A DNA stretch of 64,000 bases from Bacteroidales bacterium (GTDB lineage: Bacteria; Bacteroidota; Bacteroidia; Bacteroidales; WCHB1-69): positions 43,531-107,530 of the forward strand of contig JAFXSR010000033.1 of assembly GCA_017525505.1 (NCBI GenBank). The letters are read 5' to 3'. The position numbers and the translations under genes are program-made. Shown in pieces: positions 18,051 to 27,213 of the stretch; the stretch's first letter is position 1; each line of letters begins with the position of its first letter. Under the pieces are notes generated by a model. It was not told the origin of the DNA, ran no database searches, and was given only the letters and a program-made list of their open reading frames with translations.

Positions 18051-18380
18051 ATGAACAATTTATTATTCTTATTAATGGCTCCGGCTGAAGGACAGGGAGC
18101 AGGTGGTGGATCAATGACTTTGATTTTTATCCTTTTGTTGCTTTTGATTTTCTACTTTTTCATGATTAGACCGCAGCAGAAAAAGCAGAAACAGATTGAG
18201 GAATACAGAAGCAAGTTGTCTAAGGGTGACAAAATCATCACAATTGGTGGTTTGCACGGCAAGATTACGGATGTTCAGGAGAAGGTTTTCGTTATCGAAA
18301 TCGCTGACGGTGTGAAGATTACCATCGAAAAAGCGGCTGTGGCTATTGATGAAAACGAAGCCAAAAACGCTCAAAAATAA
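18051..18380 (+). CDS. yajC: Preprotein translocase subunit YajC
   Basis: A single TM helix followed by IRPQQKKQKQIEEYRSKLSKGDKIITIGGLHGKITDV. Confidence 0.85.
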   Translation: MNNLLFLLMAPAEGQGAGGGSMTLIFILLLLLIFYFFMIRPQQKKQKQIEEYRSKLSKGDKIITIGGLHGKITDVQEKVFVIEIADGVKITIEKAAVAIDENEAKNAQK

Positions 18381-18387
18381 TTAGTAT

Positions 18388-18816
18388 ATGCAAATAGAGA
18401 GGCAGCCCAAGCAAGAGCATAAAAACAGGATAAAATTGCCGCCATTGGCTTTCTTGGTATGTTTGATACTGTCGGCCATCGCATGGTTTTTCATCAATTT
18501 CTCCATAGACCAAGAACATACTTTGGAGTATAAGGTGATATGCTCGGAGTTGCCTGACGGGAAGAAAAGTTGCACTTTTTCGGACACCACGCTGCTGTTG
18601 ACATTCAAAACCAGAGGATTGGATTATTTGACTCCGGAATATGCCGAGGAAAACAGAATAGTGAATCTTTCTGTCAAGGAGTTAGTCAAAAACAAGAACA
18701 AACGCAGTGCGTATTCCTTCTCCAACAAGGAGCTTTGCAATTTTCTTGTGGACAATGGCTATCCTGAGTTGATTTCAGTGGAAAAACCCGAGGTGCTAAC
18801 CTTGTATGTGAAATAA
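18388..18816 (+). CDS. Small membrane protein, YbbR-like (hypothetical)
   Basis: It has an N-terminal TM helix (LAFLVCLILSAIAWFFINF). It occupies the conserved position between yajC and coaE. Confidence 0.45.
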   Translation: MQIERQPKQEHKNRIKLPPLAFLVCLILSAIAWFFINFSIDQEHTLEYKVICSELPDGKKSCTFSDTTLLLTFKTRGLDYLTPEYAEENRIVNLSVKELVKNKNKRSAYSFSNKELCNFLVDNGYPELISVEKPEVLTLYVK

Positions 18817-18819
18817 CAG

Positions 18820-19341
18820 ATGAAAAAAATAGCTATTACGGGAGGTATAGGAACAGGTAAAACCTATATCTCCAAGAAGTTTGTGCAGATGGGTATTCCG
18901 GTGTTCTATGCGGACGAGGAAGCTAAAAAATGCTACGAGGACAAGGAAATTGTCGATACGATCCGTTCTTATTTTGGCACAGAGGTTTTTACAGAGGGAA
19001 GACTGGATTTCAGAAAGATGGCACGCTGTGTGTTCCAGAATCCCCAAAAGAGGGAAATTATCAACAAGATGATTCATCCCAGGGTGATGGGAATGTTCGA
19101 TGAGTGGGCCGAGGAGCAACATGCCCCGTCGGTGATGCTGGAATCCGCTATTGTGTACGAGAACGAATTGGAGAAGTTCTTCGATATGGTGATTGTGGTG
19201 GATGCCCCGCTGGAGGTGCGTTTGGAGCGTATCAAAAAACGGAACCCCAGCCTTACGGAGAAGGAAATCACCGACCGTATCAACGCACAGATGCCACAGG
19301 AGGAGAAATGCAGGCGGGCGGATATGGTAATCAAAAATTAG
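18820..19341 (+). CDS. coaE: Dephospho-CoA kinase
   Basis: The P-loop is MKKIAITGGIGTGKTYISKKF. It is 173 aa. Confidence 0.85.
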   Translation: MKKIAITGGIGTGKTYISKKFVQMGIPVFYADEEAKKCYEDKEIVDTIRSYFGTEVFTEGRLDFRKMARCVFQNPQKREIINKMIHPRVMGMFDEWAEEQHAPSVMLESAIVYENELEKFFDMVIVVDAPLEVRLERIKKRNPSLTEKEITDRINAQMPQEEKCRRADMVIKN

Positions 19342-19500
19342 TTGACAGTTGAAAACTGAAAGTTAATTACTCTTCTATTAGAATCGATGAAGGAGCGAGA
19401 GCAGAGACAAAGCACCCTTTGGCTATCCTGAGCGAGGAGGAGAGGGAGACGTAGCCTCCATCGGTAGCCGAAGGGCGGGGTAGTGACGCAAACATTACGG
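19342..19500 (+). repeat. Family-A composite element, copy 1 (word leader plus about 135 bp GC-hairpin module)
   Basis: gttgacagttgaaaactgaaagttaatt is followed by ...gaaggagcgagag...gagcgaggaggag...gtagcctcc...agccgaagggcggggtagtgacgcaaa. I aligned it by eye at about 80% identity to the reverse complement of 44741-44920. Confidence 0.75.
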
Positions 19501-19571
19501 CGAAGCCGTACCTTAGAGAAGAGAATGAGATGCAATTGGCAAGTTACGCACACATAATAAAAAAACCAAAT

Positions 19572-21173
19572 ATGAAAAAATTACTGACCCTTATTTTCAC
19601 TCTGGCCTTTTTTGGGGCTCAGGGCCAGAATTGGTATAGTTCTGGCGAATTTACCGAAGGAATGGAATGCACCAGCGTGACCGTGGGCAAGAAAGCCTCT
19701 GCCGATGGCTCGGTGATGACTTCGCATACCGATGACAGTGGACGTTCGCGCACCAATATCACCGTGGAGAAGGCGGCAGACCATCCGGCAGGTGCCACCG
19801 AAACCTTGTACAAGCGTGTTGCGGCCAAGTCAGAGCCGGGCAGAATGAATCGCTACGACAACATTCCTGTGGGCGAGATTCCGCAAGTGGCACATACCTA
19901 TCAGTTCCTCAACACAGCTTACCCCTGTGTCAACGAGAAACAACTGGCCATTGGTGAATCCACTTTTGGTGGACGCAGCGAGCTAAAATCCGATAGCGGA
20001 CTCATCGATTGTCAGAGACTTTGCCAGCTGATGCTGGAGCGTTGCTCCACAGCGCGCGAGGCCATCAAAATGGCGGGCGAGTTGATGAAAACATACGGCT
20101 GGATTGATGGCGGTGAGTGCTTGACCATCGCTGACAAGAACGAGGTGTGGCATTTGGAGATTGTGGGTCCCGGCAAGGGCAAATTAGGAGCTGTCTGGGC
20201 TGCCCAAAGGGTACCTGACGACCATGTCGCTGTCAATGCCAACGCATCGACTATCAGAGAGATAGACTTGAAAAACAAGGATTATTTCATGGCTTCCGAC
20301 AATGTGTATGCTGTGGCTGAGGAGAATGGCTGGTGGAGCAAAAAAAGCGGCGAGCCTTTCAGATTCGCCTACGCTTATGCGCCAGAGTCACGTATGATGC
20401 TGGCCTGCCGCCGTCGCGAATGGCGTGTGTTCGACCTGCTGGCCCCCTCACTGAAATTGGATCCCAATGCTGAAAATTATCCTTTCTCGGTGAAACCCGA
20501 TTCCTTGGTGAAGTTGTCGGATATGGTACGTGTTTTCCAGGATTATTACGAAGGAACCGAATATGATATGCGTAAAAACCTTACAGTGACCGACAAGGAA
20601 GGAAAGTCCGTCATGTCGCCGCTGGCCAATCCATTCATGAAGTCGGATGAGCTGAAGCTGCATAAGGTGAACGGTGGATGGCACGCCCATGGAGAACGCA
20701 ATATTGCGGTGTGGTTCACGGTGTATGCCACCATTATCCAGTGTCGCAGCGACCTGCCCGATGAGGTGGGTGCCCTGTGCTGGTTTGCCCTCGACAATGT
20801 GGCTTCTTCGGTGTATGTGCCGATTTATGCCAACGTCACTGACTTGCCTTCAGAATACAAAACCTGCGGCCGCGAGACGGGTTTCAGCCGGAAATCCGCC
20901 TGGTGGGCTTTCAATCGTTTGGGCACCTTGGCCTCGCAACGCTGGGGCGATATGCGCAAAGTGATTGACAACACTTGGAAACCGCTGCAGAAGGAGTTTT
21001 TTGATAATCAGCAAAATATTGAGGACAAGGCACTTGCATTGCTTAAAAAGGGACAGCGCGAGGAGGCTCTGAAGTTGCTGACGGACTATACCAACCTGTG
21101 TGGAACCACCGCCATCAATACTGCCTGGGATACCGGTGACTACATTTGGACAGTGTTCGACGGAGCTTGGTAA
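19572..21173 (+). CDS. C69-family dipeptidase (secreted)
   Basis: The start is moved to MKKLLTLIFTLAFFGAQG (signal peptide). The catalytic Cys context is CTSVTVGKKASADGSVMTSHTDDSG. Confidence 0.85.
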   Translation: MKKLLTLIFTLAFFGAQGQNWYSSGEFTEGMECTSVTVGKKASADGSVMTSHTDDSGRSRTNITVEKAADHPAGATETLYKRVAAKSEPGRMNRYDNIPVGEIPQVAHTYQFLNTAYPCVNEKQLAIGESTFGGRSELKSDSGLIDCQRLCQLMLERCSTAREAIKMAGELMKTYGWIDGGECLTIADKNEVWHLEIVGPGKGKLGAVWAAQRVPDDHVAVNANASTIREIDLKNKDYFMASDNVYAVAEENGWWSKKSGEPFRFAYAYAPESRMMLACRRREWRVFDLLAPSLKLDPNAENYPFSVKPDSLVKLSDMVRVFQDYYEGTEYDMRKNLTVTDKEGKSVMSPLANPFMKSDELKLHKVNGGWHAHGERNIAVWFTVYATIIQCRSDLPDEVGALCWFALDNVASSVYVPIYANVTDLPSEYKTCGRETGFSRKSAWWAFNRLGTLASQRWGDMRKVIDNTWKPLQKEFFDNQQNIEDKALALLKKGQREEALKLLTDYTNLCGTTAINTAWDTGDYIWTVFDGAW

Positions 21174-21175
21174 TT

Positions 21176-21268
21176 AGTTGAAAGTTGAAAACGGAAAACT
21201 GAAAGTTGAAATTTAAATTCCCCTTATGTTAGAAGGGGTGTACGGAGGGCAGGGTAGTGATGCGAATA
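21176..21268 (+). repeat. Family-A element, short (internally deleted) copy
   Basis: It keeps the word leader gttgaaagttgaaaacggaaaactgaaagttgaaatttaaattcccctt and the terminus gggcagggtagtgatgcgaatataa. It lacks the roughly 85 bp core. Confidence 0.55.
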
Positions 21269-21281
21269 TAATTCAAATTAA

Positions 21282-21860
21282 ATGGAAACCAAGACCTATA
21301 TACACGAAACTGCAGTGGTGGATGCGCCCTGCCAGATCGGCCGGGGCACCAAGATTTGGCATTTCAGCCATCTGATGGCAAACTGTACCATTGGGGAAGA
21401 TTGCAATCTGGGCCAGAATGTGTTTGTCGCCGCGGGCGTGACCATCGGCAATAGGGTGAAAATACAAAATAATGTTTCTGTATATGAGGGTGTTACTCTT
21501 GAAGATGATGTCTTTGTGGGTCCGTCGGTGGTATTTACCAATGTTGTCAATCCCCGTAGCGGAGTGATTCGGAAAAACGAATATAAACCCACATTGGTTG
21601 GCCAGGGTGCCACCATCGGGGCCAATGCTACCATTGTTTGTGGACACCGGATTGGCCGCTATGCCTTTGTAGGTGCCGGTGCGGTGATTACATGCGATGT
21701 GCGAGATTATGAGTTGGTAACTGGCAATCCCGCCCGCCATGCGGGTTGGATGAGCGAAAACGGTCAGAAATTGCAGTTCAATGCCGAGGGTTTTGCTACT
21801 TGCCCCGCTACAGGAGAAAAATATCAATTGAATGAAAATAAAATAGTTAAAATAAACTAA
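21282..21860 (+). CDS. Left-handed beta-helix N-acetyltransferase, WbpD/WlbB-like
   Basis: Hexapeptide repeats. The stretch IWHFSHLM...[48 protein letters not shown] matches what I remember of WbpD-type UDP-sugar 3-N-acetyltransferases. Confidence 0.7.
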   Translation: METKTYIHETAVVDAPCQIGRGTKIWHFSHLMANCTIGEDCNLGQNVFVAAGVTIGNRVKIQNNVSVYEGVTLEDDVFVGPSVVFTNVVNPRSGVIRKNEYKPTLVGQGATIGANATIVCGHRIGRYAFVGAGAVITCDVRDYELVTGNPARHAGWMSENGQKLQFNAEGFATCPATGEKYQLNENKIVKIN

Positions 21861-21881
21861 TCATCAATAGTCTATTCAAAA

Positions 21882-24002
21882 ATGAAAAAAATTCTGCTTT
21901 CATTGTTGCTGAGTTTCTCATGCATGATACTGTTTTCCCAAATCAATTATATCGATTTGGAAGGCATTTTCAAAGGAAAATACAGTTATGATAATATCAA
22001 AAATCTGTCATGGCGACCTGAAACCCAGCAATATGCTCATATTGAAGATAATACGATGGTACTGACCGATGCCAAGAGCGGCAAAGACCATACTTTCATG
22101 ACCCTTGAGCAACTGGCAAAATCATTGAAAGAGGAAGAGGTGAAACGTTTCCCTTCTTTTTATTGGATTGGCAAGGACAAGCTTTATTTTCCGGCATACG
22201 GCAAAGTGTTGGATCTGACCTCCAATGCGGTCAGCGAAATTGATATGGAGGATGTTTTCGATTACCAATTGGAAAATTTCCTTTTTGTGGCCAAAAGAGA
22301 TGGTAAAGTTTTTGTTCAGAGTATTCTGAATGATTATAAACCGATACTTTTATGTCCTGATACCGGCAAGAACATTGTGTTTGGCGAGAGTGTGCACCGC
22401 AGCGAGTGGGGTATCAACGAGGGTCAGTATTTTTCACCCAAGGGCAATTACATCTGCTTTTACCGCATGGATGAGAGCATGGTGGAGGATTATCCCTTGG
22501 TGAACACTTCTACCCCGATTGCCACGGTGGAAATGATGAAATATCCCATGGCAGGCCGTACCAGCCATGAGGTAAAAGCTGGCATTTTCGATGTGAAAGC
22601 ATCGGTGGACAAGGGCAAGGCGGTGTATCATTACATCAAAACCGATAAGGCCGATGGTGAGTTTTTGACCAATATCACGTTCTCTCCTGATGAAAAATTT
22701 CTGTATATCACTCATCTGAATCGTGCGCAGAATCATGCAAAATTGATTGAGTATGATTTACTTACTGGTAATAAGACCCGAGTGTTGATTGAGGAAAGCG
22801 ACAGTCGCTATGTGGAACCTCAGACTCATCCCATCTTTTTGAAAAACAACAGTTTCCTCTGGCAGACCCGCAGAGATGGCTGGAACCATATTTATCTGTA
22901 TGATCTGAATGCCGGCACCAACACCTTGCTGACCCAGGGCAATTGGGAGGTGAGCGAAGTGCTGGGACTGGATCCGAAAGAGGAGAACATTTTCTTTCTG
23001 GCATCGTTAGATAAACCTGTGGATCAGTATGTTTGCAAGGTGAATATCAAAAGTAAAAAGCTGGAAAACCTGACTCCCGAATCGGGAACCCATACTCCCC
23101 GCTTCTGTTCGGATATGACATATTTCATCGATTATTTCACCAATTTGGAAACCCCTCGTGAAATTTATCTGAAGAGCACTAACGGCAAGATTTCCAAGCT
23201 GTTGAAGGCTTCCAAGAATCCTTTTGCTGACTGCACTATGGGCAAGGTCTCCATTTTCAGCATCAAGAACAAGGCGGGCGATGACTTGTATTGTCGCATG
23301 ATTCTGCCCCCGAATATGGATCAGACCAAGAAATATCCTTGTCTGATTTATGTGTATGGAGGTCCTCATTCACAGTTGGTTACGAATACTTTCATGTCGG
23401 GTGGCACCTTCCTGTACTATATGGCTCAGCAGGGTTATGTGATTTTCACTTTGGACAACCGTGGCACAGCCAACCGTGGTGCGGATTTCGAGAAGTGCAT
23501 CCATCGTCATCTGGGTGATTTGGAGGTGGAAGACCAGATGTGCGGTGTGGAATACCTGAAATCACTGCCTTATATCGATGCGAAGCGTATCGGTTTGGAT
23601 GGCTGGAGCTATGGCGGTTTCATGACCTTGTCGCTGGTGACCCGCCATCCTGAGGTGTTCAAGGCCGCTTCTTGCGGTGGTCCGGTGGTGGATTGGAAAT
23701 GGTACGAGGTAATGTACGGTGAGCGTTACATGGACACTCCCGAAGAGAATCCCGAAGGCTATGCCAAAGCCAGTTTGTTGGACAAAATCAAGAACGTGAA
23801 GTGCGATTTGCTGGTGATGCACGGTTGTCAGGACCACACCGTGGTTTGGCAGCAGTCGTTGGAACTGATGAAAGAGGCGGTGAAAGCTGGCGTTGAGGTG
23901 GATTATTTCCCTTATACCATCCACGACCACAATGTGACGGGTATAGAACGTGTACATTTGTGGAATAAAATCGCCAAATTCCACGAGGAACATTTGAAAT
24001 AA
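21882..24002 (+). CDS. S9-family serine peptidase, dipeptidyl-peptidase IV-like
   Basis: It has a signal peptide and an N-terminal beta-propeller region. The catalytic motif is DGWSYGGFM. The C-terminus reads LLVMHGCQDHTVVWQQS and HDHN. Confidence 0.85.
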   Translation: MKKILLSLLLSFSCMILFSQINYIDLEGIFKGKYSYDNIKNLSWRPETQQYAHIEDNTMVLTDAKSGKDHTFMTLEQLAKSLKEEEVKRFPSFYWIGKDKLYFPAYGKVLDLTSNAVSEIDMEDVFDYQLENFLFVAKRDGKVFVQSILNDYKPILLCPDTGKNIVFGESVHRSEWGINEGQYFSPKGNYICFYRMDESMVEDYPLVNTSTPIATVEMMKYPMAGRTSHEVKAGIFDVKASVDKGKAVYHYIKTDKADGEFLTNITFSPDEKFLYITHLNRAQNHAKLIEYDLLTGNKTRVLIEESDSRYVEPQTHPIFLKNNSFLWQTRRDGWNHIYLYDLNAGTNTLLTQGNWEVSEVLGLDPKEENIFFLASLDKPVDQYVCKVNIKSKKLENLTPESGTHTPRFCSDMTYFIDYFTNLETPREIYLKSTNGKISKLLKASKNPFADCTMGKVSIFSIKNKAGDDLYCRMILPPNMDQTKKYPCLIYVYGGPHSQLVTNTFMSGGTFLYYMAQQGYVIFTLDNRGTANRGADFEKCIHRHLGDLEVEDQMCGVEYLKSLPYIDAKRIGLDGWSYGGFMTLSLVTRHPEVFKAASCGGPVVDWKWYEVMYGERYMDTPEENPEGYAKASLLDKIKNVKCDLLVMHGCQDHTVVWQQSLELMKEAVKAGVEVDYFPYTIHDHNVTGIERVHLWNKIAKFHEEHLK

Positions 24003-24006
24003 AAAA

Positions 24007-24033
24007 GGGGTCGAAATTTTCGACCCTTTTTTT
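24007..24033. terminator. Bidirectional terminator between convergent DPP4-like gene and mutS
   Basis: aaaaaa-ggggtcgaaa/tttcgaccc-ttttttt has A and T runs on either side. Confidence 0.75.
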
Positions 24034-26641
24034 ATTTTTTCTTTTTCGTGAGCAGACTTTTGATATCGTTGAGTTTCATGAGGGCTTCGACGGGGGTGAG
24101 GCTATTGATGTCGAGGTCGATGATCTGGTCTTTGATGTCCAACAGCAGCGGGTCATCGAGGGCGATGAAGCTGAGTTGATAACCAGGTTCTTTTTTCTCC
24201 ACCTTGATGGGGTCGTTGCCACTGCGACTGGCCTCCAGTTGTTTCAGCACCTCTTCGGCGCGTTTCAGCACGGCCTGGGGCATACCTGCCATGCGGGCCA
24301 CATGGATACCGAAGCTGTGCTCGCTGCCGCCTTTTTCCAACTTTCTCAGGAACAGTATTTTATTGTTGATTTCCTTGACGGATACATGGAAATTTTTGAT
24401 GCGTGGGAATTGCGAGGCCATGTCGTTAAGCTCGTGGTAGTGGGTGGCGAAGAGCACCTTGGCGCGGTGGCGCGGGTTCTCGTGCAGGTATTCGGCAATG
24501 GACCAGGCGATGGACACACCGTCGTAGGTGCTGGTGCCGCGGCCAATCTCGTCCAGCAGAATCAGGCTGCGGTTCGACACGTTGTTCAGGATGCTGGCGG
24601 TCTCGTTCATCTCGACCATAAAGGTGGATTCGCCAGTGGAGATGTTGTCGGAGGCGCCCACACGGGTGAAAACCTTATCGACAATGCCGATTTCCGCCTT
24701 CTCCGCAGGCACAAAACAGCCCATTTGAGCCATCAGCACGATGAGGGCGGTTTGTCGCAGCAACGCTGACTTACCCGACATGTTCGGTCCTGTGATGATG
24801 ATAATCTGCTGCCGCTCATTGTCCAGATACACGTCATTGGCGATGTACTTCTCGCCAGGCGGCAGCTGTTTCTCAATGACCGGATGGCGGCCATTCTTGA
24901 TGTTTATCGAGGTGGAATCGTTGACGACAGGGCAGGTGTAGTTGTTTTCCAGCGATACCGCCGCAAAGCATAGCAGCACATCCAGACGGGCGGTGAGACG
25001 GGCATCCAGCTGAATCATAGGGATATAGTCCATCAAACCCAGCACAAAATCATTGAACATACGCGTTTCTATCTCCAGAATCTTGTCTTCCGCACCTAAA
25101 ATCTTGTCTTCCAGTTCTTTCAGCTCCGGAGTGATATATCTTTCGCCGTTGGTCAGTGTTTGCTTGCGAATCCAGTCTTCCGGCACCTTCGATTTATGGG
25201 TGTTGGTCACTTCCAGATAGTAGCCGAACACATTGTTGAAGCCGATTTTCAGGGAAGGAATGCCCGTGCGTTCTGACTCGCGGCGTTGTATGTCGGCCAA
25301 AATCTGCTTGCTGTTGGTAGCCAAAGACGAAAGTGTATCCAACTCATCATCAACACCTTTGGCAAACACACGGCCTTTATTGACGGCTACAGGCGGGTCT
25401 TCCACAATCTCCTTCTCGATGCGCTCGCATACGCTGAGGCAGGGGTTCAACTGCTCGGCAATTTTTTTCAGGGAAGAGAGGTCGGTTTGTTCGCACGTTT
25501 TTTTGATTTTCTCCACAGCGCGAAGGGAGCGGGCCAATTGCACCACCTCTCGGGGGGAAATTTTGCCCGTGGCGATTTTGGACACCAGTCGCTCTACATC
25601 GCCCATTTCTCGCAGGCTGCATTTGATATTATCAGCAATAGACTCATTATCAATAAAATACTTCACCACAGATAGGCGCTCCTCAATCATCACCTTCTCT
25701 TTCAGCGGTAGCACCATCCATTTTTTCAGCATTCGCGCGCCCATCGGAGTGAGGGTCTTGTCCAGAATCTGCAACAAGGTTACCGCATTTTCGTTGGAGG
25801 AGTGTATCAGCTCCAAATTGCGTACTGTAAAGCGGTCGAGCCAAACATACAGTTCTTCTTCAATTCTGTTTAATTTATTGATATGCTGAATCTTATGATT
25901 CTGAGTCTCGTAGAGGTAATGCAAGGCGGCCCCGGCAGCGATGATACCGTATTCCAGTCCATCCACACCGAAACCCTTCAGCGAGGTGGTCTGGAAATGC
26001 TTGGTCAGCAGGTCCATGGCATAATCGGTGGTGAATACCCAGTCGTCGAAGGCGGTGAGCAGTATCTTTTCACCGAATTGTTCCTTGAAGCTGTTGGTTT
26101 TGTTTTTCTGAAGCACAATTTCTGAAGGTTTGAAATTCTGCAGCAGCTTGTCGATATAGGTGGCGTTGCCTTCGGCCACATAAAACTCACCCGTGGAAAT
26201 ATCCACGAAGGAGATGCCGATTTTGCCGTCGGTAAGATGAATACCTGCCAAGAAATTATTTTCTTTTTGTTCCAGCACCTTGTCGTTGGTGGAAACGCCC
26301 GGGGTCACCAGTTCTATGATGCCTCTCTTGACAATGGTCTTGGCCAGTTTAGGGTCTTCCAGCTGTTCGCAGATGGCCACGCGCAGGCCGGCGCGTACCA
26401 GCTTGGGCAAGTAAGTGTCCAGGGCATGGTGAGGAAACCCTGCCAGGTCGATGGACTGGGCGGAGCCGTTGGCGCGCTTGGTCAGCACGATGCCCAAAAT
26501 CTGTGAGGTCTTGATGGCATCGTCTCCAAAGGTCTCGTAAAAGTCACCCACCCTGAACAGGAGAATCGCATCGGGGTGCTGCGCCTTGAACTGGTTATAT
26601 TGCTTGATTAAAGGAGTTTCCGCCATCTTTGCCATGATCAA
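24032..26641 (-). CDS. mutS: DNA mismatch repair protein MutS
   Basis: N-terminus [31 protein letters not shown]. The Walker A motif is [15 protein letters not shown], followed by [17 protein letters not shown]. The start could be M1, M3 or M6. Confidence 0.95.
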   Translation of the reverse strand: MIMAKMAETPLIKQYNQFKAQHPDAILLFRVGDFYETFGDDAIKTSQILGIVLTKRANGSAQSIDLAGFPHHALDTYLPKLVRAGLRVAICEQLEDPKLAKTIVKRGIIELVTPGVSTNDKVLEQKENNFLAGIHLTDGKIGISFVDISTGEFYVAEGNATYIDKLLQNFKPSEIVLQKNKTNSFKEQFGEKILLTAFDDWVFTTDYAMDLLTKHFQTTSLKGFGVDGLEYGIIAAGAALHYLYETQNHKIQHINKLNRIEEELYVWLDRFTVRNLELIHSSNENAVTLLQILDKTLTPMGARMLKKWMVLPLKEKVMIEERLSVVKYFIDNESIADNIKCSLREMGDVERLVSKIATGKISPREVVQLARSLRAVEKIKKTCEQTDLSSLKKIAEQLNPCLSVCERIEKEIVEDPPVAVNKGRVFAKGVDDELDTLSSLATNSKQILADIQRRESERTGIPSLKIGFNNVFGYYLEVTNTHKSKVPEDWIRKQTLTNGERYITPELKELEDKILGAEDKILEIETRMFNDFVLGLMDYIPMIQLDARLTARLDVLLCFAAVSLENNYTCPVVNDSTSINIKNGRHPVIEKQLPPGEKYIANDVYLDNERQQIIIITGPNMSGKSALLRQTALIVLMAQMGCFVPAEKAEIGIVDKVFTRVGASDNISTGESTFMVEMNETASILNNVSNRSLILLDEIGRGTSTYDGVSIAWSIAEYLHENPRHRAKVLFATHYHELNDMASQFPRIKNFHVSVKEINNKILFLRKLEKGGSEHSFGIHVARMAGMPQAVLKRAEEVLKQLEASRSGNDPIKVEKKEPGYQLSFIALDDPLLLDIKDQIIDLDINSLTPVEALMKLNDIKSLLTKKKK

Positions 26642-26651
26642 AAATTTTTGG

Positions 26652-26659
26652 CAAAGATA
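26652..26659 (-). promoter_or_regulatory. TAnnTTTG promoter box for mutS
   Basis: The reverse complement of caaagata is TATCTTTG, just upstream of the mutS start. Confidence 0.55.
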
Positions 26660-26723
26660 AAAAAAATGTGCTAATTACAGGCCTTTGGCATTGAGTTTTC
26701 AGCTATGAGCCATGAGCTTTTTG

Positions 26724-27058
26724 TTTTATGAATTGATTCGCGGCGTCAGCACCAACGTACTTACCCCTCAATGTAGTAGGTGATCAGTCGTGCTGAAAGC
26801 ACGCAATCCTATTAACCCCGCATAAGCGTAGCGCAATGTGGGGTATGCGGCAAACAGCTCTGCTCCTGCGTGCCGTAGGTACGCCACATTGGAGAGGATG
26901 TAGCGTGCTTTCAGCACGCAGACAGGACTTGTCATTGTACGCCCCACACAACAAGTTGTGCGGGGTTAATAGGATATCGTGCCTTTGGCACGCCTCTTTG
27001 TCTTTCAAATTGTTTAATGAATTGATTCGCGGCGTCAACACCAACGTACTCATCCCTC
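26724..27058. repeat. Composite palindromic GC-hairpin element flanked by 45 bp direct repeats
   Basis: The direct repeat tgaattgattcgcggcgtcaRcaccaacgtact occurs at 26727-26770 and 27015-27058. The core has a 17 bp perfect inverted repeat: atcctattaaccccgca (about 26806) and tgcggggttaataggat (about 26961). Nested hairpins include cgtgctgaaagcacg, ccccgcataagcgtagcgcaatgtgggg, gcgtgccgtaggtacgc, gcgtgctttcagcacgc, ccccacacaacaagttgtgcgggg and cgtgcctttggcacg. Confidence 0.8.
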
Positions 27059-27160
27059 ACATCTCCATGCTCACATCTCCATGCTCACATCTCCATGCTC
27101 ACCGCTCACTGCCCACCGCTCATCGCTCATCGCTCACCGCCCACCCCTCATAGCTCATAG
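27056..27160. repeat. Word array (CTCACATCTCCATG x3, then CTCAYYGCY words)
   Basis: Three exact 14-mers are followed by ctcaccgctcactgcccaccgctcatcgctcatcgctcaccgcccacccctcatagctcatagc. The complementary words agctatgagccatgagc lie at about 26700-26716, on the other side of the hairpin element. Confidence 0.85.
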
Positions 27161-27201
27161 CAAAATTTACTAATTAAACGATTTGCTAATCAAAAAAATT
27201 G

Positions 27202-27209
27202 TATTTTTG
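27202..27209 (+). promoter_or_regulatory. TAnnTTTG promoter box for the ArnT-like GT gene
   Basis: TATTTTTG lies inside the ORF-track N-terminal extension, which supports the ATG at 27214 as the true start. Confidence 0.5.
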
Positions 27210-27213
27210 CTGT

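Noticed and set aside
26784-27153. ORFs 26784-27053 (minus) and 26836-27153 (plus) between mutS and the GT gene.
   Set aside because: They are mutually antisense readings of the palindromic hairpin cluster. Strings such as LCGVNRI are the characteristic translation of the ccccgca/tgcgggg hairpins.
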